The notes below the pieces were generated by a model. It was given only the letters and a program-made list of their open reading frames with translations, did not search any database and was not told the origin of the DNA. Of a stretch of DNA of 47,261 nucleotides, positions 1 through 9,003 are shown in pieces. This DNA is from an uncultured Patescibacteria group bacterium (GTDB lineage: Bacteria; Patescibacteriota; Microgenomatia; UBA1400; PJMF01). The number at the start of each line of letters is the position of its first letter. Positions within the stretch are counted from its first letter, which is position 1. The DNA is taken from positions 71,573-118,833 of the forward strand of contig CAJQIG010000002.1 in the NCBI GenBank assembly GCA_905478415.1. Direction: 5' to 3'. The position numbers and the translations under genes were made by a program.

Positions 1-6
1 ATCGAC

Positions 7-1845
7 ATGGTCCGAGATCCCAACTACCGTTCCCGAGCAGCTCTGACCAACCTTCTAACTGCAAACTTTGTCTCGTTTGCCGCCGAATATACTCGAGGTG
101 AAGTCATTTCAACCTTTGAAATGGATGTCTCTCCCTCAACGGGTCTTTTAGGAATGTTGGCTTCATATACCCAAGGTTTGTTGGGTATGGGCGAGAATTT
201 TGAGTCTAAACTCGAAACCAAAGGAAAATCAATCACCAGAGCTCAACTCGAAACAAACAACATGTATAAGCTCGATCAATGGGCAGTTGCAGCTCCCATT
301 GGCTCTCTTTTTATCTGGAACAGTCCTCCAGGTAAAGTTTCTGAAGGATATGCTGGGCTCAACTCACACTCGTTTATTTTTGCCTACGAAAAAACTTCCG
401 CAGATAAAGTGGTTCTTCATCAATATCGAACCTGGATGAATCTGGAACAACACCAAACCTTTCAAACTGCGCTCGATACCCAAAACGCTGAACTAAAAAC
501 AACATCAGTTCAAGACTCACACCAGATCATTAATAACACTGCAGTTCTCTCACCCAAAGACATTGGTTGTGAAAACGCTCAGCAACTTGTTTCTCTATTA
601 GAAAAAAATGCCTATGAGTCCTCAGATACTTGGAGGACAAAACCTAGTGAGATGCCCCAAATCGATGAGGCAGAGTATGCCACCTTTAGAGATTTTTTAT
701 TAAGCCTGTATATCCGAACTGTAGTGCCACTATTGTTAGCAGAAGTTCCCGAAGTAGAAAGCACTGAAGACCCACAGTGGCAAACTTTTATTGCTTCAAA
801 AAAATATACAGATTTGATCTCGCAACTGGACATTGCCTTTGGCATCCTTGCCTACCAGCCACTGGTAAAGTGGGTTGAAGCCGCAGATGAAACACCTCAA
901 AAATCAAAGAATATCCTTCAAAAGCTTTTCTCGAAATCTAACAAAGAAACAAACAAAATTACTGAGATGAGCCAATCTCAAATTGAAGAAGGTCTTATGA
1001 CCATGTATCAACTCCGGGTAGCCAAACTAAAAGGTGAAAAAATGGATGCTCAAAAAGTCTCTACTTATAACACCTTAGCCCAGGTGCTCCTTTCAACTAC
1101 GTCAAGGGGTCTCAGCCTTGGTCAGTGCGGCATTGGCACCTTTATTCCCACAAAAATGTTACAAACAGGCATGCCTCGAGCCCAGCTCGGGGCCCCACAA
1201 CTACTTAATCCCGGATTGGCAGCAGGTCTACCAGCTAAAGAAAAACTAGAGCTCTCTAACCATCTCAATACTCTCAGTTTTTTGCCGCTCGTACTTCCAA
1301 ATGGCGAAACCTGGTACATCAAAGCCCAGCACTACACTGAATATAAAACTTTCTTCACCCAAAACGAAGTTGAGTACTCCCCGCAAGGATTTCCCATCGG
1401 CCCCTGCGGCTGGGCACTTCGAGGTGATTCTCGAGGCGAAGATGAATTAGTGCTGACTGTTTCTGAATATAACCAACTCCAAGCATTGCAAGCCTTACTC
1501 TTACAGGACTTACTCGATAATCCGGAAGAAAGTTTTGATGTATTTGCCTCCAAATTGCTCGATTCTGCGCAGTCTGAATCAGAAAAAGTCGAGATTGCAG
1601 AAGTTATCGCACTGCTCAAAGAAGCCCTTAAAACTACGCTCGATATTGGGGACCTACTCTTTAGTGAGTTCTTTGATGCACTCAAGCTGTTTGCCCACCC
1701 TGTTTTGTCCGAGGTTGCTCAGAAAGTATCGCTCTCAAACTTTATTTTCAATCCGGAAGAAACTGCTTCGCAGGTTGTGGTTATTTATCAACAATCGACA
1801 CAAAAAATGCATGTAAATCCTGATAGAAGGTCAGCACTTCAGTAG
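7..1845 (+). CDS. hypothetical protein, 612 aa (possibly 5'-truncated by the window edge)
   Basis: Uninterrupted 1.8-kb ORF. The frame is still open at bases 1-6, so the real start may lie upstream. It ends 27 nt before the next co-directional ORF. No family motif recognised. Confidence 0.6.
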   Translation: MVRDPNYRSRAALTNLLTANFVSFAAEYTRGEVISTFEMDVSPSTGLLGMLASYTQGLLGMGENFESKLETKGKSITRAQLETNNMYKLDQWAVAAPIGSLFIWNSPPGKVSEGYAGLNSHSFIFAYEKTSADKVVLHQYRTWMNLEQHQTFQTALDTQNAELKTTSVQDSHQIINNTAVLSPKDIGCENAQQLVSLLEKNAYESSDTWRTKPSEMPQIDEAEYATFRDFLLSLYIRTVVPLLLAEVPEVESTEDPQWQTFIASKKYTDLISQLDIAFGILAYQPLVKWVEAADETPQKSKNILQKLFSKSNKETNKITEMSQSQIEEGLMTMYQLRVAKLKGEKMDAQKVSTYNTLAQVLLSTTSRGLSLGQCGIGTFIPTKMLQTGMPRAQLGAPQLLNPGLAAGLPAKEKLELSNHLNTLSFLPLVLPNGETWYIKAQHYTEYKTFFTQNEVEYSPQGFPIGPCGWALRGDSRGEDELVLTVSEYNQLQALQALLLQDLLDNPEESFDVFASKLLDSAQSESEKVEIAEVIALLKEALKTTLDIGDLLFSEFFDALKLFAHPVLSEVAQKVSLSNFIFNPEETASQVVVIYQQSTQKMHVNPDRRSALQ

Positions 1846-1857
1846 ACCCCCGCACCC

Positions 1858-1866
1858 TGGTATACT
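1858..1866 (+). promoter_or_regulatory. extended -10 box TGgTATACT, 6 nt upstream of ATG 1873 (leaderless-type promoter)
   Basis: TG at 1858-1859 and TATACT at 1861-1866. The spacer is ATCACC and contains no SD. Confidence 0.5.
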
Positions 1867-1872
1867 ATCACC

Positions 1873-4800
1873 ATGGCGGCTGAAGGAAATTCACCAGATT
1901 TAGTGCGTGTCGAAGACGTAAAACGTCTTGACCCTTCTTTGACCCTAAAACGCAACCGTTCTCAACTCGAAGCACTTGTAACTGAACTCCAAAAAGCTGT
2001 TCGAAATGACGAGCTTCAAGGAGGCTTAATAGTCAGGGCTCCACTGAGTGATGGCAGAATTCACGAACTCACTGTTTCCCATTCAACTCGAGAAGGTCTT
2101 TCGACTGAAGAGCAAAAGGATACTCTTTTTTGGTCTGATTATGCTGCCCTAATGCTCGACGTTGCTCAAAAGTTTAAGCTCACAGACTTGCGAGATGAGT
2201 TTTCACAGTATGACAAAACAGCTCGACAACTGGACACATGGGCCCATCAACCAAATGCTCCCAGCGAGACAGTTGATGAACTCACAATGTGGAATAATCG
2301 CTACAAAGCTGCAGAGCTCCTTCAAAAACTTTCAGGAGCCCTCTCAACAGGAATTACAGAGACTGAAGAAGAAGTTGTCGATGAAGAACCTGATAAAGAT
2401 GAAAAGACTACTGAATCAGAAGACGAAAAAGCAAAAAAACTACTAGCCGCCCTTGCAGCTCAAAAAGATGAAAGAGAAGCAAACTCAGCTGTTGTCACAG
2501 CTCCACCTGGAGGAGATGATGGTGACACCGCCCAACCAGCCTCAACAGAACCCAATCTCGAGCCAGACCAAAAAATCGATCCAAGCCGCCCACTGACAGA
2601 ACAACTTTCTCGAGATCAACTCCGCCAGTACAACACCAATGTTGCTTGGATGTCGAGCTTCACGCTCCTCCAAATTGCCGATAGCATGGGTGTTGATATT
2701 AATCAGCTTGATCCAGCCCTCAGAGCCGAAATCACCAACTATGCCACCGATTTTCTTGCCCGTGAAGGCGATATTAATGCACTTCTTAGAGGTAGTCCAA
2801 CAGCCCGCCTCCGATCTATTCGAGGTCTGCAACGATATCTAACAGAAAAAAGCTTTTTCGCTACACATAATGTCTCGATGGGCATTGTCCAAAAAACCGA
2901 TGACATTTTTGAGAAAAAAATTCACACAATTTTAGGTGACAACAATGGGGTAGTCGATAAAAATATCGAAAAAACAGTCGACGCTATTATTATTGCCCAC
3001 GGTGACAAAGCAGCAGAACTAATACAATCATTCGATAAGAAAAAAATTGAACTTATCTTTGGACTAGAAACATATAACCTTCAACCAGCTCAAATTGAAG
3101 CCTTTAAAAGCTCACTTATTTCATATGCTCAAGTTCGTATTGTTGAAATTGTTCTCCATACTCAAGATGAAGCTGTTAAAGATGGTCTCGTCACTGATAC
3201 AAATCCATCAGAACAATCGGCTGAACAACTCGCATCCCAAATTAGTAGTGTTAGAGCCACCATTTCTCAACATTCCTCTAATGATGATGAAAAAGGTGAG
3301 CTTACCGCTGATGCCACTACCCATAAAACAGGTAGCACAAGTAAAAAAATCACGTTTGCACTTGGCCAAAATGAGAAAATTTTTGGATCTTACTGGCGCA
3401 GCCTCAGTCCAGAACTACAAGCTGTAGCACTCGTTTCACTTGGGGCAGGACATCTCGTTAAGCAACCCGGTGACCATCCCCCTGGTGGCTACGAAATGCC
3501 AATTAACATCGCCGAGTTTAACCCAAGCGTATTAGGTAAATACGCCAAGGCGGTAGAACAACAGCAAAAAATATATGCTTCCATTGAGTTGGAAATGGCC
3601 CAAGAGATCTTTGAATATAATGTCGCCGTTGAACGAGCTGAAGTCTTGGCCATGAACATGCAGGCTGAGTACATCAAACAAAACGAGATGGTGCTTCGAC
3701 TCCAGATGGCACAAGAAATTGCTTTAGAACAAGCCAGTCTCCAACAAATGATGACTACTGAGTCTGCCCTCGAAGAACCTCAACGACAAACTGACTCTCC
3801 GAGCAACAAGCTTAGTAAAACCATGCGTTCTGTGGGACGTAAAAAATCTGCTAGTGCTGCTGGAAGTCAAGCTAAAGAGTTAGCATCAAAAAAACTTAAT
3901 ACTGCAGTGGCTGGTGCAACTCAAAAAGCACTCGGAGCAATTCCAGGTGTCGGTGCCGCCTTGGCTGGTGGCCACATTGCTCTTTCTAAGATGATTGGTG
4001 AAAAAAACACCAATAAGCTCATGCTGTTTCTGGGAGGAGGAGCTGCTGCTGGTATTGGCTATGTGGTTGCTAAAACACTCCAGGCACTCCAAACTCTTGG
4101 TGGCATGATTGGAGGAGCCGTCGGGGGGTTTGCTGGATCATTTTTAGGAATTGGTGGCACAGTTGTCGGATTCATTGGAGGCGCAAACCTTGGTGCCGCT
4201 GCACAAAACTGGCTAGCCGGCATCTTTGGAAAAGGCGCTGGAGCCAGCACAACTTCATTTGGATCGAGTGGACTTGGAGGAAGTGTTCTTTCGGGAGGTT
4301 CAAGCCTCCCCACGCTCTCTGCTCCGTCAGCCGCGAGTGTCGCCCAAGGAGCAACAACCGTTACTAATGCCGCGGGAAATGTAGTTGGAGGAATTACTAA
4401 AGCAGTTGGACAAGCTACTCAATCGCTTCCCAGTGCATCGGCTGTGGCAACACAGCCACTTGCTTCTACCCCATTTTTAGAAGGACTCAAAGCTGCCTCT
4501 CAGGCTGGAGCAAAACTTATTTATAGCATTCCCTTTATGTCGGTCATATTAGGAATGAGTATCCCAGCACTCTACACTATTATTGTTTTTCTGGTGATTA
4601 TGGGAGCATTTTTGGTACCAATGCCGTTTACTATTAACTCAAGTAATCCCTCAATTTCTGAGTATGCTCTTATCTCTAAAACAGCATCTCCAGAAGAAAT
4701 TGAAAATAATGTTGAAGAAGACATTACTTATGTTATTAACATTGTCCCCAAATCGGGGTATCAACTTGAAATTAAGCGTGTTGATGATGAGTTTTTAGTT

Positions 4801-5598
4801 CTTGGTGGAGATGCAACTACTCCAACATCCCCGCTGTCTCTCACCTCTTTTGAGGCTGGAAAGTTCTCTTCTCGCCAGGAAGCTGAATATACCGTAACCC
4901 TTTCTGGTGAAGATGCCCTTGTTATTAACACAGTAACTTTTACTGTCGATGTTTTTGATTCCAGTGGAAAATTAGTAACTCAAGGTGAAAGCATTAGCGC
5001 TCTGGGCTTAGTAATTATTGGCGACCCTCCAATTGGTTGTTTTGAATTTGCTCCAGCAGGGATAACTACAAACTACGAAGGTGGCTCAAATACATCCATT
5101 GAGTGGAACCAACAAGATATTGTCAAGTTTTTAAAAGCCTTTATTAATCGAGTTGGCACTAACCCGCAATATCTATCACTCCTCTGTTCAGAGGGTGATA
5201 TTACTGTTCACAAGTGGCCAGCCCACCCAGAACACTTTTGGGGGTGGCAAGTGAATGAAAATAAAATAGGTTTTTACGCAGAGTTCTTTGATGCCAGTAC
5301 TCAGTGGATGGAGTACACATTGGTTCATGAAAGTGGCCACTTAATTAATGATAGAAACCCGGGACTTCAAAACCAGTTTACTCAAATTCAAACAGATGCA
5401 GGCTGCTTCACCTACCCTTTCCCAGGCAGATGCAGTGAGTCTGAAGCTTTTGCAGAAGCCCTTGTTGATTATGTTGTTTGGCAAACCCACAGCTTTAGCT
5501 TTGAGGGTGTGTGGACGGGAGTATTCCCATTCAAGACAATGTACCCATCAGAGTATGCATGGATGCAAACAAATATATTTGGAGGAATCGAGTACTAG
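1873..5598 (+). CDS. large membrane protein with a glycine-zipper block and a C-terminal HExxH (zincin-like) domain; T4SS-associated by context
   Basis: 1241-aa ORF with an acidic, coiled-coil N-terminal half. A Gly-rich GxxxG block (IPGVGAALAGGH ... GGMIGGAVGGFAGSFLGIGGTVVGFIGGANLG) lies at nt ~3920-4300. A hydrophobic segment (IPALYTIIVFLVIMGAFLV) lies at nt ~4560-4620. HESGH is at 5326-5340, followed by the acidic stretch SESEAFAE. Confidence 0.8.
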   Translation: MAAEGNSPDLVRVEDVKRLDPSLTLKRNRSQLEALVTELQKAVRNDELQGGLIVRAPLSDGRIHELTVSHSTREGLSTEEQKDTLFWSDYAALMLDVAQKFKLTDLRDEFSQYDKTARQLDTWAHQPNAPSETVDELTMWNNRYKAAELLQKLSGALSTGITETEEEVVDEEPDKDEKTTESEDEKAKKLLAALAAQKDEREANSAVVTAPPGGDDGDTAQPASTEPNLEPDQKIDPSRPLTEQLSRDQLRQYNTNVAWMSSFTLLQIADSMGVDINQLDPALRAEITNYATDFLAREGDINALLRGSPTARLRSIRGLQRYLTEKSFFATHNVSMGIVQKTDDIFEKKIHTILGDNNGVVDKNIEKTVDAIIIAHGDKAAELIQSFDKKKIELIFGLETYNLQPAQIEAFKSSLISYAQVRIVEIVLHTQDEAVKDGLVTDTNPSEQSAEQLASQISSVRATISQHSSNDDEKGELTADATTHKTGSTSKKITFALGQNEKIFGSYWRSLSPELQAVALVSLGAGHLVKQPGDHPPGGYEMPINIAEFNPSVLGKYAKAVEQQQKIYASIELEMAQEIFEYNVAVERAEVLAMNMQAEYIKQNEMVLRLQMAQEIALEQASLQQMMTTESALEEPQRQTDSPSNKLSKTMRSVGRKKSASAAGSQAKELASKKLNTAVAGATQKALGAIPGVGAALAGGHIALSKMIGEKNTNKLMLFLGGGAAAGIGYVVAKTLQALQTLGGMIGGAVGGFAGSFLGIGGTVVGFIGGANLGAAAQNWLAGIFGKGAGASTTSFGSSGLGGSVLSGGSSLPTLSAPSAASVAQGATTVTNAAGNVVGGITKAVGQATQSLPSASAVATQPLASTPFLEGLKAASQAGAKLIYSIPFMSVILGMSIPALYTIIVFLVIMGAFLVPMPFTINSSNPSISEYALISKTASPEEIENNVEEDITYVINIVPKSGYQLEIKRVDDEFLVLGGDATTPTSPLSLTSFEAGKFSSRQEAEYTVTLSGEDALVINTVTFTVDVFDSSGKLVTQGESISALGLVIIGDPPIGCFEFAPAGITTNYEGGSNTSIEWNQQDIVKFLKAFINRVGTNPQYLSLLCSEGDITVHKWPAHPEHFWGWQVNENKIGFYAEFFDASTQWMEYTLVHESGHLINDRNPGLQNQFTQIQTDAGCFTYPFPGRCSESEAFAEALVDYVVWQTHSFSFEGVWTGVFPFKTMYPSEYAWMQTNIFGGIEY

Positions 5599-5625
5599 TG
5601 GCACTTAAGCCAGAAAAAAAACTAT

Positions 5626-6255
5626 ATGCCAAACGCAAAAAAGCACCTCAATCAAGCCTACGAAGAATCTAAAATTACCCAATCAGGAAAATCAAAAAAA
5701 ATATATTGGTTTATTTTAGGAACGTTAGCAATACTGTTTGTAATTTCGGCAGTTATTACTCAGTTTTTACCTATCGATGAACCTCCTGTTCAACAAAATA
5801 CTTGGGAAGGCGTTACTCCTGGTTATAAACTCACTCAAACAGTCACTGCTCAGCTAGGTTCTCCAGTAGAAATAAAGAAGTTGGCAGGAGAAAAACAACA
5901 GCTGTCATACAAATCAAACGACTTTAAAAGCTACTATAATGAAGTTGTTATTTCCAAAGAAGGAAACGTAGAATTTATTAAAACTCCAATAGCCTATGAT
6001 ACGAACCATACACTCACCAACTACACCGTACTCTACGGTACTCCAGATTTAGAAAGATATGCTTCAGAAATAAGTTCTGCTCTCAAAGCTCATGTCTTTT
6101 TAGAGGAAGGACTTGTTATCATTGCAAATAAAAAAACTGATGTTGTCGAAGCTATTTGGTACTTTGAGCCTACAACTGAGGATGTGTTTTTAAGAACACT
6201 AGGAGAAAAGTTAACCAAAGAACCCAGTCAGCCAGAAGCCTTTCCAGGATTATAA
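5626..6255 (+). CDS. bitopic membrane protein, 209 aa; T4SS-associated by context
   Basis: One N-proximal TM helix (IYWFILGTLAILFVISAVITQF) followed by a soluble domain of ~150 aa. It starts 27 nt after the previous ORF. Confidence 0.7.
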   Translation: MPNAKKHLNQAYEESKITQSGKSKKIYWFILGTLAILFVISAVITQFLPIDEPPVQQNTWEGVTPGYKLTQTVTAQLGSPVEIKKLAGEKQQLSYKSNDFKSYYNEVVISKEGNVEFIKTPIAYDTNHTLTNYTVLYGTPDLERYASEISSALKAHVFLEEGLVIIANKKTDVVEAIWYFEPTTEDVFLRTLGEKLTKEPSQPEAFPGL

Positions 6256-6396
6256 CTACTTTTCACTCCACTGACTTCCTTCACCTAGCACCAAGCACCA
6301 CTTTCCTGTTATTATGGTACGTAAGACTTATTGAGAAGTAAGTAGTTTTTTGCTTGCCTCACAAAAAAAGTATTCAGAAAGTAGTGACTGCCCTAC

Positions 6397-7605
6397 ATGA
6401 GAGAACACCCGATACCTCAAGATATCACCGGCTATAAGTTCCACATAATTGGAAGTATGACTCTTAAGCAATTTTTAGAAATTGCTATTGGTGTGATTGT
6501 TGGCGGCATTATCTATGCATCTAATTTACCAGGAGCAGTTAAGTTTCCCTTAATCCTTGTTGCCGTAGGACTTGGTGCAATGGCAGCCTTTTTACCAATT
6601 GAGGAGCGCCCGCTTGATCATTGGATAACTGTTTTTATCAGGAGTATGTACAAACCTACTCAATTCTTTTGGAAACGAGAACCTCACATTCCCGAGATCT
6701 TCAGCTTTACTCCAAACTTAAACACCACTGTTCAAGAGGACGAAGTTAACCTTGGACCAGTAAAAAAAGAACGAATCAGAGAATACATGACTTCTGTCCC
6801 AAGTACCACTGATCCTTACGCATTCGATGCTGATGAAGTTTCTAGAATGAGTGCTATTTTAGGTTCTTTTTCATCAGTCACTACCTCAAAAACAACGATC
6901 ACTTCAGCCCAAATTGCTCAAAAACCTCAGCTGGGAGTTCGAGTCAGAAATTTCAGACCTCAACACCAAGAGCAAGTGGTCTATGAAAATCAGACAACAG
7001 CTACTCAAGCGACAGCTGTTCCTACCGGTGCACGTGTTGTTGAAGAACAAGTTGGAGCCAACGCAGATCTGACCGAAATGTATGCGGAGCGCCAACAACT
7101 CTCAAAACAACAAAAAAGCGCTGATCAAGTGGCAACCGAAATTTCCATTCCAGAAACCGAAAACATCCATATTGTGGACCCCGCCACACTAGCTCAACAA
7201 GAAGAAAATCAAAGCGCGGCAATGGTACAAAGTGCAAACAACATGACTTTTATGGAGAAGACCGAGGATGGCACTGGGTCAGATACAAAAGCAACAGAAG
7301 CTGCTGCCTTTAATGTGAATCTCCCCTTTCCTGAAGCACCAACAGAACCAAACAAACTGGTGGGAATGGTTTTAACGAAGGCAAATGACCTCGTTACCAA
7401 TGCAATTGTGGAAGTTTTGAAAGCTGATGGAACCGTAGCTCGTGCGGTCAAGACAAATGCTCTTGGTCAGTTCTTTATCACCACCCCACTCGCCAACGGC
7501 AACTACACACTTGAAATCGATAAAGATGGGTTGACATTTGAACCGCTCACGCTAAGTTTAGATGGAACCGTAGTGAAACCAATAGAAATTAGAAGTCTCA
7601 GTTGA
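6397..7605 (+). CDS. PrgI/VirB3-like T4SS membrane protein fused to a carboxypeptidase-regulatory-like beta-sandwich domain
   Basis: The N-terminus HPIPQDITGYKFHIIGSMTLKQF plus two TM helices matches my recollection of the PrgI family. The C-terminus (LVGMVLTKANDLVTNAIVEVLKADG..GQFFITTPLANGNYTLEI) has the CarboxypepD_reg-like pattern. Confidence 0.6.
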   Translation: MREHPIPQDITGYKFHIIGSMTLKQFLEIAIGVIVGGIIYASNLPGAVKFPLILVAVGLGAMAAFLPIEERPLDHWITVFIRSMYKPTQFFWKREPHIPEIFSFTPNLNTTVQEDEVNLGPVKKERIREYMTSVPSTTDPYAFDADEVSRMSAILGSFSSVTTSKTTITSAQIAQKPQLGVRVRNFRPQHQEQVVYENQTTATQATAVPTGARVVEEQVGANADLTEMYAERQQLSKQQKSADQVATEISIPETENIHIVDPATLAQQEENQSAAMVQSANNMTFMEKTEDGTGSDTKATEAAAFNVNLPFPEAPTEPNKLVGMVLTKANDLVTNAIVEVLKADGTVARAVKTNALGQFFITTPLANGNYTLEIDKDGLTFEPLTLSLDGTVVKPIEIRSLS

Positions 7606-7641
7606 GACAAAGGAATAAACCAGTTAAGATAGAAGTACTGC

Positions 7642-8991
7642 ATGCCCGAAAACACACTTCACTCTACCACTCAAAAATTTCTTGATATTTTCGATATTAC
7701 TAATAATGTCGTAATTTTAAAAAATGGAACTGCCTCAATAATCATCCAAGTTGATGCTATGAACTTCGGACTGTTAGCCGAAGAAGAACAAGACAGCATC
7801 ATGTACGCCTATGCTGGACTACTGAACTCTCTAAACTATCCCATCCAGATTATTATTCGTTCTCAAACAAAAGATGTCACTGGCTACCTTCAAATACTCA
7901 AAGACCAAGAAGATAAGACTGCTTCCCGGCCACAGCAACAAAGAATTCGTCGCTACCGTGAATTTGTAACCAACTTAATTCGAGAAAGAAATGTTCTTGA
8001 TAAAAAATTCTACGTCACCATTAGTGCCACGCCACTTGAAGTTGGATTACTCGCCCCACAAAGTTTTGTACCAGGTCAATCTGAAGCACAAATAACCCCA
8101 GAGCAAAGAGCCACCGTTCTCGAGAAGGCTCGCAATTTGCTCGAACCAAAACGTGACCATTTAATTGCACAATTTTCTCGGATAGGTCTCTTTTCTCGAC
8201 AGCTCACCACCCAAGAAATCATTCAGTTTTTCTACCTAAGCTACAATCCAGAGGCATCTGAAGGACAACACATTGCCGACTCTAATAACTACACAACCCC
8301 ACTCGTAACCGCTGGGGTAGAAGGAACTACCATGAACGATGCTCCAATCCCTGCAATGCCGTCACCGGCTCCTGTTGCAGACACGCAACCAGCACAAACC
8401 CCAATGCCTACAGGTCCCGTTCCAGCACCAGCTACAGTCCCACCGCAACTCACTGATACTCCAGTAGCTCCACCAGTTGAACCAATCGTCGAACAAACAC
8501 CAGCTGGAGAATCTATGACTACTCCTTCCACTGCTGGATATACACCAACCCAAATGCCAGCCCAACCAACTACTCCTGCAGCACCACCTGCTCAGCCAGC
8601 TACCACAGAGCCAACGGCTCCTGAGAAACCAACTGTTTCAGCACCTGTTCAAACTCAAACACCAGAACCAATACAACTTGAGCCAACAGCTCCAATTGTC
8701 AAACCAGATATTCCTAAAACTCCTCCAGCTAGCCCTGCTCCAGCTCCAGGCCCCACGTTAGACTCTTCAAAAGGAGAAAGTGATTTGCCAAAGCCAACAC
8801 TTCCCATGGACCCTCCAACGCCAAATCCTACACCTGAAACCCAAACACCAAGTGCTGTTATTGAAACAGCAGAAATCGAGCCTGTGGTACTGCCACCTTC
8901 AGAACCCACTGATACATCTTCACAAAAAACAGAAGAGGCTGTTACTCCAGCTCAGACAGGAACTGACCTACCGCCACTACCAGAAATTTAG
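7642..8991 (+). CDS. T4SS-associated protein with a globular N-domain (~215 aa) and a ~235-aa Pro/Thr/Ala-rich tail
   Basis: 449-aa ORF lying directly between the PrgI-like gene and virB4. The N-terminal pattern FLDIFDITNNVVILKNGTASIIIQVDAMNFGLLAEEEQDSI resembles the N-terminal non-ATPase domain of Gram-positive VirB4/PrgJ-type proteins. That resemblance is from memory and is unverified. Confidence 0.6.
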   Translation: MPENTLHSTTQKFLDIFDITNNVVILKNGTASIIIQVDAMNFGLLAEEEQDSIMYAYAGLLNSLNYPIQIIIRSQTKDVTGYLQILKDQEDKTASRPQQQRIRRYREFVTNLIRERNVLDKKFYVTISATPLEVGLLAPQSFVPGQSEAQITPEQRATVLEKARNLLEPKRDHLIAQFSRIGLFSRQLTTQEIIQFFYLSYNPEASEGQHIADSNNYTTPLVTAGVEGTTMNDAPIPAMPSPAPVADTQPAQTPMPTGPVPAPATVPPQLTDTPVAPPVEPIVEQTPAGESMTTPSTAGYTPTQMPAQPTTPAAPPAQPATTEPTAPEKPTVSAPVQTQTPEPIQLEPTAPIVKPDIPKTPPASPAPAPGPTLDSSKGESDLPKPTLPMDPPTPNPTPETQTPSAVIETAEIEPVVLPPSEPTDTSSQKTEEAVTPAQTGTDLPPLPEI

Positions 8992-9003
8992 TAAGATACA
9001 ACA

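Noticed and set aside
8290-8990. The Pro/Thr/Ala-rich coding tract read as a DNA tandem repeat.
   Set aside because: It is compositionally biased, but I could not find an exact repeating nucleotide unit.
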